A stretch of 64,000 nt of DNA from positions 288,001-352,000 of the forward strand of contig JBHLMN010000003.1 in NCBI GenBank assembly GCA_048938105.1, given 5' to 3'. Both the position numbers and the translations under genes were made by a program. Within the stretch, counting starts at the first letter, position 1; each line of letters begins with the position of its first letter. The notes below the pieces were generated by a model. It did not search any database and was not told the DNA's origin. It worked only from the letters and a program-made list of their open reading frames with translations. Positions 30,099 to 39,395 of the stretch are shown in pieces. This stretch comes from Promethearchaeota archaeon (GTDB lineage Archaea > Asgardarchaeota > Heimdallarchaeia > Hodarchaeales > Hodarchaeaceae).

Positions 30099-31991
30099 TC
30101 ATTCTATTCTCTGTAAAAGTTTTTTCAATCTATCAATCGAATCTGATAATCCTCCTGACCGATTTCTACTTAGCCATATCTTTTTATGCTGCATGATTAA
30201 TTGATGTAACTTCTTATGTAGTTTATTTCTCTTCTCTTCAGGTATTTTTCTCAAAGGTTCTTTAATTCCGATTTCTAATCGGGCAATACCAAGGTCGCAA
30301 GAGAATTTTAAGATGTCCGCAGCCCATTGAAATTCTTGTTTTACTAATTCTGCATCCTCTCTTTCCATATTAACGAAATCTAATGACTTAATTGTCTTAT
30401 CAATAAATATGTGTGCTTTCTGTAGTTCCTCAATACTTATATTTTCGAGAACCAACTCAGAAAATTCATTATTAGAAAAAATGAGAATTAAAAATAGGGA
30501 AGAATTATTAGGAGGATTGAATCCAATTTTCGTATATGCACTTCCTAAATCACATGCGATTTTTCCAATAATCCCTTCTTTGTCCTGAAATACATGTATG
30601 TTAAGTAATTCAGGAATAATCACCTTTTCTTTTAGTATTTCAGCGCTTTTCACGTTCCATGCGATTCCTGCACCAATTAAAAAACCCAAATAACAGAAAG
30701 GTAATGGTTGGAGATGTCCATGATCACCCCAATCAGTGATAAGGTAACCCATTGCATTATTCTTCAATCCGTTGATCCCAGCATTACTTAAATTAGCTAA
30801 TGCATTGTCAAATCGGCCAGTAATGCTATTCCAACTACTAGTTCCAGGACAAACATAATAAGATAATCCAAGATTATTCATTACTTGTGTTTGCATGTTA
30901 AAAGGATGATCTGCTTTGTAACCCCATATTAAAGGTATTACATCTTTAGGTAAATATTGAATTAGCTCAGGATGTTCGAAGATAATATCAGCCCAAAATT
31001 GCATTTTTTTCCCTTGTTTCTTTACTAAATCATAAATTTTCAAAAGAAACTCTAGATATACAACGCCTTTTCCTTTTTCTTTGCAAATTTCTGCAGAGCG
31101 ACATTCTCCTAGATCAAAAGTCTCATCAAGACCCACATTAAAGTAATCACTTGTAAAGTGGGGTAAAAGTTGATTATAAAGATCGTGAAGAAAATCGATT
31201 ACTTGTGGATCAATAGGATTCAAGGAAAAAGGTTCCTTTTTGGGACTGAAGGGATGTTCAACACCTTCAGGACATTCTGCAAGATCACGGTAGGGATCAT
31301 GGATCAACCACCGATGAAGATGACCAAAACTATTCTGGTTAGGAATTAATTCGATATAATGTTCTCTACAAAACTCATCCAAGATTAAAATTTCCTCACC
31401 AGTAAAAGGGCTAGCATCTTTCCAAACGATTTCATGACCAGAATATGCAAAGGTGTGCTCCATATAAAGCTGTAATTGATTCATCTTGAATTTTGCTAAC
31501 ATGTCAATTAGACCAAATAGGGTTTCCATTGTTGGAACTTTATCCCTACTTACATCCAACATTACTCCTCGAGACGGAAAATCAGGCCAATCTCCAATTT
31601 CTAAGCAAGGTATTTCTTTGTGATTTGAGAGTTCTAGAATTTGTAAAAAAGTAAGAATCCCGTAAAAAAGGCCTTGTTTATCATATCCAGTCAAATTAAT
31701 TGATTTTTCATTTATTATTAATTCATAGCTTTCAGGGTGCTTGAGTACTGATTTATTAACGATGAGACTAATAAAAATCGTGTTTGTTTTGGGTAAATTT
31801 GTCTTTGATGCAGTAATCGTTGAGTTTATACCTTTTTTATCTAATTCTTTTTGTAAATTTTGAGCGTGAGAAAAGATTATTTTTGATTGATTATTTATTA
31901 CTATCCAAATATCTTTAGGTAGAGCTAGATATTCCTTTTTTATTGTTAATTGCTTTGGTGATGGAAAAAGGTATTCTAATTTATTCATCAT
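30099..31991 (-). CDS. GH20 beta-N-acetylhexosaminidase-like protein
   Basis: Motifs DWPDFPSRGVMLDVSR, QLYMEH, NSFGH, the catalytic DE pair in FNVGLDETFDLG, W.D and TDWGD.GH. Confidence 0.9.
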   Translation of the reverse strand: MMNKLEYLFPSPKQLTIKKEYLALPKDIWIVINNQSKIIFSHAQNLQKELDKKGINSTITASKTNLPKTNTIFISLIVNKSVLKHPESYELIINEKSINLTGYDKQGLFYGILTFLQILELSNHKEIPCLEIGDWPDFPSRGVMLDVSRDKVPTMETLFGLIDMLAKFKMNQLQLYMEHTFAYSGHEIVWKDASPFTGEEILILDEFCREHYIELIPNQNSFGHLHRWLIHDPYRDLAECPEGVEHPFSPKKEPFSLNPIDPQVIDFLHDLYNQLLPHFTSDYFNVGLDETFDLGECRSAEICKEKGKGVVYLEFLLKIYDLVKKQGKKMQFWADIIFEHPELIQYLPKDVIPLIWGYKADHPFNMQTQVMNNLGLSYYVCPGTSSWNSITGRFDNALANLSNAGINGLKNNAMGYLITDWGDHGHLQPLPFCYLGFLIGAGIAWNVKSAEILKEKVIIPELLNIHVFQDKEGIIGKIACDLGSAYTKIGFNPPNNSSLFLILIFSNNEFSELVLENISIEELQKAHIFIDKTIKSLDFVNMEREDAELVKQEFQWAADILKFSCDLGIARLEIGIKEPLRKIPEEKRNKLHKKLHQLIMQHKKIWLSRNRSGGLSDSIDRLKKLLQRIE

Positions 31992-32294
31992 GGTATTTAT
32001 CTCCAGATCTTTGTATTTTGTATGAATAATTACTCAATCTCCTGAATTATTATACATCATAGAAACTTTAACTTAGCGTTTTAATTTTTCTATGTTGAGC
32101 TTCTCTTCAAGTAAATCTAAAAAACTGTACTGAGCAATCTGTGCAAATTGAAACAAGAATGAATACCTAGTCTTAAACAGATGGTATTACATTAAATTGA
32201 TAACATACTTTTCAATCTTTATTAGAATGAATCCACATTCAAGCTGTTTTTACAACCTTATCAATTCGAACAGTATTCATGGTGTTCATATTAA

Positions 32295-34769
32295 ATGAAA
32301 CAAATAGATTTATCTGGGATTTGGAATTGCACTCAAAAAAGCACTAAAAAAACTATTCCAATCAAGATTCCTGGAGATAACCATAAGGCTCTATTAGATG
32401 CGGGAATAATTCTCCATCCATATGAAGGACTGAATGAGCTTGATATACAATGGGTGGGTAAAGAAGATTGGATTTTCTCGCGATCATTCACCGTTGCCAA
32501 ATATATTTTATCGGAAAAGGAAATCTTCTTACATATTGACAGTTTAGACACAATTGCAGATATAAAAATCAATAATAATCCTATTAAAAGTTCTGATAAC
32601 ATGTTTATTAGAACTAGATGTGATATAACTGATTCTCTTGTCGAAGGGAAAAATGAAATAACGATATTCTTTACCTCTGCAGAGAAAATCGCTGAGGAGC
32701 GTTCTAAAAATCTCCCTTACGAAATTCCTCATACATTGAGTCCTGTTTACTCAGAACATAGAAATCTAGTAAGAAAGGTTCAATGTCATTCTGGATGGGA
32801 TTGGGGCCCTTGTATGATGGTTACTGGAATTTATGGCGATGTTTACATTGGTACTCACAGTAAAGGACGTATAGATTATGTGTACACCAGAATTACGAAA
32901 TTGAAAGAGAAGGAAAATATATGGCAAATATCTGTAACTGTTGAATTGCACTCTCCTATAGAATCTGAATCAGAAATTATTAGAATAGATATGAATGAGC
33001 TAGATATATCTGAATCTACTATAGTGACATTAAAAAAGGGAAAGAATGAAATAACCCTGAATTTACTCATTTCAAATCCAAAGCTATGGTGGCCTTTTGG
33101 ATATGGAGAACAGCATCTTTATAATTTAACTGTAACCACTCCTGATGATACATTATCAAAACGAATAGGTTTCCGTCAACTTGAAGTAATCACAGAAGAT
33201 GATAATATTGGCAGAAGTATGGTTTTTCGTGTAAATCAAAGAGAGATTTTTTGCAAGGGAGCGAATTGGATACCAATAGATGCTATGCCTTCTCTCCAAA
33301 GCCCTGATCGATATGAAAAATTATTATCTGATGTCATTGAAGCAAATATGAACATGATTCGAGTATGGGGTGGAGGTCAATATGAATCAGAAATCTTTTA
33401 CAACCTTTGTGATGAAAAAGGGATACTTATTTGGCAAGATTTCATGTTTTCCTGTAGTCTTTACCCTTCTGACCCTGAATTCCTCACTAATGTTGAAAAA
33501 GAAGTCACTCACCAAGTTAAACGCCTAAAAGATCATCCATGTATTGCAATCTGGTGTGGTGACAATGAAAACGTTGGTGCTCTCAACTGGTTTGCTGTTT
33601 CCATGCTAAATAGAGAACGATATCTTAATGATTATATTAAACTCAATAAAACAATTGAGAAAGTTGTTAAAAAGTTAGATCCAGACCGAAAATGGTGGCC
33701 AAGCTCACCTTGTGCGGGGGAAGATGATTACTCTGACAATTGGCATGATGATTCCAAAGGTGACATGCATTATTGGAGTGTATGGCATGAAGGAAAACCT
33801 TTTGAAGCCTATTATGAGGTGACACCTCGATTTTGTTCGGAATTTGGATTTCAATCCTTTCCTTCTCTTGAGACGGTAAAATCTTATGCTCCAGAAGATC
33901 AGTGGGATGTCACTTCTGGAGTAATGGAACATCATCAAAGGAGTATCAATGGGAATGAAATCATAACAAAAACTCTCGCACAGTATTTCAAAAAGCCCAC
34001 TAATTTTGAAGAATGGCTATATTTAAGTCAAGTCGGCCAAGCTTATGCAATAAAAACAGCTGTGGAGTACTGGAGAAGTAAACGCCCTATCTGTATGGGT
34101 ATTCTCTATTGGCAACTCAATGATCTATGGCCTGTCGCATCTTGGTCTTCAATTGAATATAATGGAAAATGGAAGCTTCTTCACTATGCTGCAAAGAAAT
34201 TCTACCAACCAATCCATGTAGCAGCATATAGTAAGGATGGTTATTCAACATTAGAAATTTGGGGTATGAATGATACTAATAAATCTTATGAGATTTTACT
34301 AGATATGAATTTCATTGATTTTTCAGGCAATATTTCACAAAAAGAACAACTTTCAATAAAACTAAATTCTGAAACTGCTAAGCAGATCAGGATACTTAAC
34401 CTAAAGAATGATCTCCCATTCAGTAGGGAAAAAGGATTTTTATATCTTAAAGCTAAAACTCCTTCTGTATTTCTTGAAAACACATTCTTTTTTATCCAAC
34501 CGAAATACTGTGAGCTTAAGCCTGCAAACATCACTTTTGAGATTGACACTAATCAATCATCCATTTTTTTGATTAAATTAGCAACTGACAAACCAGCATT
34601 CTTTGTCACCTTAGATTTTTTTGAAATAAAAGGAAAATTTAGTGACAATTGCTTCACAATAATTCCAGGTCAAAGAAAAACAGTAATCTTTTATCCTGAA
34701 CCTGAATGTATAATAAAGCCAAAAGAAGTACAAAAAGCCCTAAAGATTTTTCATTTGAAGCCAGACTAA
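32295..34769 (+). CDS. GH2 beta-mannosidase
   Basis: Motifs RK.Q...GWDWGP, KGANWIP, NMIRVWGGG.YE, WQDFMF, WCGDNE, GD.HYW.VWH, RF.SEFGFQS and YWQLND.WP. Confidence 0.95.
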   Translation: MKQIDLSGIWNCTQKSTKKTIPIKIPGDNHKALLDAGIILHPYEGLNELDIQWVGKEDWIFSRSFTVAKYILSEKEIFLHIDSLDTIADIKINNNPIKSSDNMFIRTRCDITDSLVEGKNEITIFFTSAEKIAEERSKNLPYEIPHTLSPVYSEHRNLVRKVQCHSGWDWGPCMMVTGIYGDVYIGTHSKGRIDYVYTRITKLKEKENIWQISVTVELHSPIESESEIIRIDMNELDISESTIVTLKKGKNEITLNLLISNPKLWWPFGYGEQHLYNLTVTTPDDTLSKRIGFRQLEVITEDDNIGRSMVFRVNQREIFCKGANWIPIDAMPSLQSPDRYEKLLSDVIEANMNMIRVWGGGQYESEIFYNLCDEKGILIWQDFMFSCSLYPSDPEFLTNVEKEVTHQVKRLKDHPCIAIWCGDNENVGALNWFAVSMLNRERYLNDYIKLNKTIEKVVKKLDPDRKWWPSSPCAGEDDYSDNWHDDSKGDMHYWSVWHEGKPFEAYYEVTPRFCSEFGFQSFPSLETVKSYAPEDQWDVTSGVMEHHQRSINGNEIITKTLAQYFKKPTNFEEWLYLSQVGQAYAIKTAVEYWRSKRPICMGILYWQLNDLWPVASWSSIEYNGKWKLLHYAAKKFYQPIHVAAYSKDGYSTLEIWGMNDTNKSYEILLDMNFIDFSGNISQKEQLSIKLNSETAKQIRILNLKNDLPFSREKGFLYLKAKTPSVFLENTFFFIQPKYCELKPANITFEIDTNQSSIFLIKLATDKPAFFVTLDFFEIKGKFSDNCFTIIPGQRKTVIFYPEPECIIKPKEVQKALKIFHLKPD

Positions 34770-34817
34770 ATTCAGCTCTCAGCATACCAATAGATCTATT
34801 CTTTTTTCCAATTTTAG

Positions 34818-35801
34818 TTATATAGTATTGACTCGAATAAATTCGATAAGCTCATCTATGTGAGAATAAGCAACACAAATTACTGTGTCAGCTGCCCCAT
34901 AATAGATAGCAACACGCCCAGTAGAAGCATCAGTTAATGCTGCACAAGGAAAAACAACATTTGGTACATCTCCCACGCATTCGTAAAGCCTTTGGGGGGA
35001 AAGAAAATATGGCCCAGTCCGATATTTTACCTTCCATGGTTGGTTAATATCAAGTATAGCGGCTCCTGCACTATAAACAAAACCGTTACATGATGTTAAT
35101 ACACCATGATAAATCATAAGCCACCCCTCAGAAGTTTCAATGGGAGTAGGACCAGCCCCAATTTTTGTCGATTGCCAACCAAGATTTGGTGACATTACAT
35201 GACGATGATGACCCCAATGAATCATATCAGGGCTTTCACTGTAGAAAATATCACCCCAAGGGGTATGTCCTCTATCACTGGGTCGACTCAACATTGTATA
35301 TCTATCATTAATTTTCCTAGGAAATAAGACACCATTTCGATTATAAGGTAAAAAAGCGTTTTCTAATTGATAAAATTCTTCAAAATCATAAGTAAATGCC
35401 ACACCAATGGTCGGACCATAATACCAATTGCACCAAGTCACATAAAATCGATCCTCTATCCAGCAAACTCGTGGATCATATCCGTAAACAAAAGTAGCTA
35501 TATCAGAATTTTCGGAAATAAAGGAGATTGGTTCATTATCGATTTCCCAGCCGATACCATCCTTACTCCTTCCTTTGTGAAGCCGCATATTCCGATACTT
35601 ATCATCACACCTAAAAATCCCTGCAAACTCACCTTGAAATGGAACAACAGCACTATTGAAAATACTGTTAGAAGAAGGTATTAAATCCCGTGGAATTATA
35701 GGATTTTGTTTTGAACGCCAAACCACATCTTTACAATCTTCTGGCTTATCTTCCCAAGGGATATTTGGTAGAGGTTCACCTATAATCTTAATATTTTCCA
35801 T
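34818..35801 (-). CDS. GH130 beta-1,4-mannooligosaccharide / mannosyl-GlcNAc phosphorylase-like protein
   Basis: Motifs [51 protein letters not shown] and GDVPNVVFP, typical of the GH130_2 group. Confidence 0.9.
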   Translation of the reverse strand: MENIKIIGEPLPNIPWEDKPEDCKDVVWRSKQNPIIPRDLIPSSNSIFNSAVVPFQGEFAGIFRCDDKYRNMRLHKGRSKDGIGWEIDNEPISFISENSDIATFVYGYDPRVCWIEDRFYVTWCNWYYGPTIGVAFTYDFEEFYQLENAFLPYNRNGVLFPRKINDRYTMLSRPSDRGHTPWGDIFYSESPDMIHWGHHRHVMSPNLGWQSTKIGAGPTPIETSEGWLMIYHGVLTSCNGFVYSAGAAILDINQPWKVKYRTGPYFLSPQRLYECVGDVPNVVFPCAALTDASTGRVAIYYGAADTVICVAYSHIDELIEFIRVNTI

Positions 35802-35881
35802 CTTTACTTACACCAATCATTCAGTCATGAATTTTCTATTATTGAATAAATTATTGAGCTATATAGAAAGTTTCACCAAAC

Positions 35882-36871
35882 TTAGCTAGTTTTTATTCGA
35901 GGATCAATAAATCCATATGTAATATCGATTAAAAAATTACCAAGGATAGCAATAATTAAAATAACAATGGTTACACCCATAATAAGGGGATAGTCACGTG
36001 CATAAATAGCCTTAAGATAGAGGTTACCGATTCCTGGCCATAAAAAGACATATTCTACTATCAATGTCTCCCCAATGAGTTCGTTTAGTCTTAAGTTCAA
36101 CAGTGTAAATTGAGGTAAAATTGCATTTCTTTGTGCGTATTTTCTCAGTGTCTTTTTCCTGAATCCCAAATGTCCGGCATAACTTATGTAAGATGAATCT
36201 ATTTCATGAAGAGTCATGGCTCGCATACCTACTGCCCAACTTCCTGCATGCACAAGTAGCAATGTTATGAATGGCGCCAGGTAATGGCGTAAAAGATCAA
36301 TAAAGTAATCAAGACGAAAACCAGGAATCATTTGAGGACTTGATGCCCCAGGATGACTAAGTAAGATATTGTTTCCAACAACAAAATAAACAAAGATGAT
36401 TAATCCCAACCAATAAAACGGTGCGGATCGAAGAATAAGCAATATAAAATATGTCATTTCGTTGGCTCTGCCTTTCAAGTATGCTGATTTGCTCCCAATC
36501 CAATTACCCAAGAAAAAACTAATGAATAATATTGGGATCGCAAGAACAAGAGAATAGAAGAGAGGATGAATTATTACTTCTGAAACTCTCATAGGATAAT
36601 AGGAAATGGATGGTCCTAAATCCAGTTGAATTAAGTTCAACCAAAAAGATAGGTATTGTTCTTCTATTGGCTTATATAGCTCAAAAAAGTAAATCATGTA
36701 AAAATCATTTGTGTCAACCATCAGCCTCGGGATAATAAAAGCGATAGTAAGGGCAATGAATAGTGCTATCAAGTAAAATACAGCTTTCTTTATAAAGAAT
36801 TTTACATAAGCATGACTGAAACTTTTTGTTCCCTTCAAATCTCCGTTAACCATCCTTCTTATAACTATCAT
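35882..36871 (-). CDS. Orphan DppB/OppB-like ABC permease; paralogue of 56152..57288
   Basis: Motifs PRL, DLG.S, EAA-like loop YAGHLGF...YAQRNAILPQ, WPGIG, RDYPLI and YGFIDPRI. Confidence 0.85.
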   Translation of the reverse strand: MIVIRRMVNGDLKGTKSFSHAYVKFFIKKAVFYLIALFIALTIAFIIPRLMVDTNDFYMIYFFELYKPIEEQYLSFWLNLIQLDLGPSISYYPMRVSEVIIHPLFYSLVLAIPILFISFFLGNWIGSKSAYLKGRANEMTYFILLILRSAPFYWLGLIIFVYFVVGNNILLSHPGASSPQMIPGFRLDYFIDLLRHYLAPFITLLLVHAGSWAVGMRAMTLHEIDSSYISYAGHLGFRKKTLRKYAQRNAILPQFTLLNLRLNELIGETLIVEYVFLWPGIGNLYLKAIYARDYPLIMGVTIVILIIAILGNFLIDITYGFIDPRIKTS

Positions 36872-37093
36872 TCTATATTTAATATTGATAGAAGCGAATA
36901 TATTCTACGAACTTTCTTCAAAATAGATTATTTCTAAAATCTTCTTTAATTCAAATTTCAGGCTCAAAGTCATCCAAATATTTAAAATTACTTTGTAGGA
37001 AGAAGTAATCTATTCTTTTTAAATCATCTTAGTTTTTTCTTTCTGCAAAAAAAGCACTCGAAACTTGAAGATTATGTGGGAAGTATCTAGAAT

Positions 37094-37549
37094 ATGACCA
37101 GCATATTGGAAAATCAAACAATTATTCAAATAGGGATAATTGTGAAAGATATTGAACAAACATCATTGATCTATTCAAAGTTATTTGGAATAGAAAAACC
37201 TCAATGGTTTTGGACAGAACCTTTTGATATAGCGAAGACAGAATATAAAGGAAATCCAACACCAACCAGAGCAAAATTAGCTTTCATAAAGCTAAAAAAC
37301 TTAGAGATAGAACTCATTGAACCAGATGACAACCCTAGTACATGGAAAGAGCATTTAGATACCAGAGGTGAGGGAGTCCATCATATAGCATTCATAATAG
37401 ATGGAATGAATCAGAAGGTTCTCGATCTAAATGAAATTGATATGCCTCTAATTCAGAGAGGAGAGTATACAGGGGGTCGGTATGCCTATATCGATTCTTT
37501 AAAAGGTTTGAAAGTGATGATTGAGCTACTTGAGCATGATAATGGTTAA
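37094..37549 (+). CDS. VOC-family (glyoxalase/methylmalonyl-CoA epimerase-like) protein
   Basis: Motifs QIGIIVKDIE, IELIEP, GEGVHHIAF and IELLE. Confidence 0.85.
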   Translation: MTSILENQTIIQIGIIVKDIEQTSLIYSKLFGIEKPQWFWTEPFDIAKTEYKGNPTPTRAKLAFIKLKNLEIELIEPDDNPSTWKEHLDTRGEGVHHIAFIIDGMNQKVLDLNEIDMPLIQRGEYTGGRYAYIDSLKGLKVMIELLEHDNG

Positions 37550-37674
37550 TTAAAAGTGTGTAAAATCCTATTAAAACTTTAGACAATCTTTAACTTCAAT
37601 CTTCACAAATTACTGTAAGTTCAAGTATATTGTTTTCGTATAATTAGATTATTATAAATATAAATTCTTCTTTC

Positions 37675-38319
37675 TCATGATTTCCAGTTAATAACATTGA
37701 TGATCATCTTTTGGAAGACTTTTTTAGCAATTTGTTCTTCCCCATGTCCTAACGCCGTATAAAAAACAGTTCCTAACCCGTATGATTTCGTCCATGCAAT
37801 AGGACGGAGAAATCCCTGATAATCACATACCACAAGAATTTCGAGAGGAGGATACATTTCCATCAAATATAATTCATCAATGAGTGTGAAATCTGATACC
37901 CCCTGCATAATGGGGTGATCAGGGTTAACTACTTGAAAACGATACTCTTCTCCTAAAGGAGGATGAGTCAAGAATCTAGCCCCAAGCATTCGTAAATAAG
38001 CTTTAGAATTTTGAAAGGAACAAGAAGCACCATGGACGCCAATGAATGTTTTAGGTCCTCCAGTTTCTCCCCAGGGTGAGCCAATTATGGCATTTAAAAG
38101 ACCATTTTCTTGTTCTGATGTTAATTCTCTTCCTGTCGTGTAACAGACAATAACTTGAAACTTCTTGATATTTTGAGGTAAGAAAAAGTCTAGATCTTCC
38201 GTTAATGTCACCTTAAAGCCAACTTCTTCTAAAAAATCTTTGAAAATTGGTCCCATTACCGAGAAATCGTGAAATTCTGTTTCTAAGCCTCCAATAACTA
38301 AAATATTAACATCATTCAC
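37675..38319 (-). CDS. ThuA-like domain protein
   Basis: Motifs HDF, G.HGA, G.RF..HP, HPI..G, DELY and YG.G.VFYTALGH. Confidence 0.85.
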   Translation of the reverse strand: MNDVNILVIGGLETEFHDFSVMGPIFKDFLEEVGFKVTLTEDLDFFLPQNIKKFQVIVCYTTGRELTSEQENGLLNAIIGSPWGETGGPKTFIGVHGASCSFQNSKAYLRMLGARFLTHPPLGEEYRFQVVNPDHPIMQGVSDFTLIDELYLMEMYPPLEILVVCDYQGFLRPIAWTKSYGLGTVFYTALGHGEEQIAKKVFQKMIINVINWKS

Positions 38320-38385
38320 TGTTCTCCTCTCATAATACTTAGTACGGACAATAATCAGTATTTTTATGGATTATTTCTAGGAAAT

Positions 38386-39129
38386 CTATTCAAGATATTT
38401 TTGCAGCCATTTTATACTTTCAGCAATGAATTCCTCTAATTGCTCATTATGGAATAAGTGGTCTGCATTTTTTACTAAATGGAGTTTATGATTAACTGTT
38501 GAAGGTATTTGACCTACTGCTTTTACAGATAGTTCTGCCTTAACTGCACTATCAATTTCTCCATGAATAATCAATGAAGGTATGTTTAATTTTTGAAGAT
38601 TTTCATTAGTAGTGATTTCTTTTAATTCATGAATGAAATCTTCCTCAATATATATTTCTGGGGGAGTAGCAGAAGGTAATTTAAAGGGAAAATGACTGTA
38701 ATGTGACTTATTCGTGATTTGCTCCAAGTAGAATGCAGGAGCCCAAAAGATAGCAGTTCGTACAGGAATATTTGCTATAAGAGCTGTTAATCCTCCAAAA
38801 CTTAATCCGATAGTGGCAAATTTAGTGTAATTTAACCTTTCTGCCCAATGAAAAATATCTTCCAAATCACTGACCTGTTTCGATAATAAAACTGGCTCTC
38901 TCTTATTTTCCCCTGAACCTGAAAAATCAAAGATTATGGCATCATATCCTATTTTATTCAATTTTTTTGCTGTTTTTGGGAATCGTCCCCACTCATACTT
39001 GTCTCCTGTAAAACCATGACACAAAATTACTAATGGAGGTTTTTCTGTTGTTTTGACTGATGTTTCATATAGAATCGAAATTAATTCCCCTCCTTTTCTT
39101 TTTGGAATCTTTATTTTCTTTTCTGGAAT
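38386..39129 (-). CDS. Alpha/beta-hydrolase, probable ATT start
   Basis: Motifs HGFTG, FDFSGSGE, nucleophile GLSFGG, IHG.ID and ADH. The frame is open 35 codons upstream of the track start (39024), up to an ATT located 6 nt after GGTGAG. Confidence 0.8.
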   Translation of the reverse strand: MPEKKIKIPKRKGGELISILYETSVKTTEKPPLVILCHGFTGDKYEWGRFPKTAKKLNKIGYDAIIFDFSGSGENKREPVLLSKQVSDLEDIFHWAERLNYTKFATIGLSFGGLTALIANIPVRTAIFWAPAFYLEQITNKSHYSHFPFKLPSATPPEIYIEEDFIHELKEITTNENLQKLNIPSLIIHGEIDSAVKAELSVKAVGQIPSTVNHKLHLVKNADHLFHNEQLEEFIAESIKWLQKYLE

Positions 39130-39395
39130 TGTGATCTCACCCTATTCATTAAGTTTCGTCTCTATTGAAAATCTTTGCTTTAATTACTGACAAAAAGGAT
39201 CAATAGTTCCTACTGAAGTATGATAAAACGCAATTTATGGATACATATTTATATATCATTTTTAGTTTGTTTATTTTCTGGATAGAATAAGTATTATTGA
39301 TCAACTCTCCTCTCCTCAGGAATCTAAGGTTTTACGAATGAATCTTGATTTTAATTAACCATTTCGCTAAAAATAGCATTAAATTAGTATAAAGT

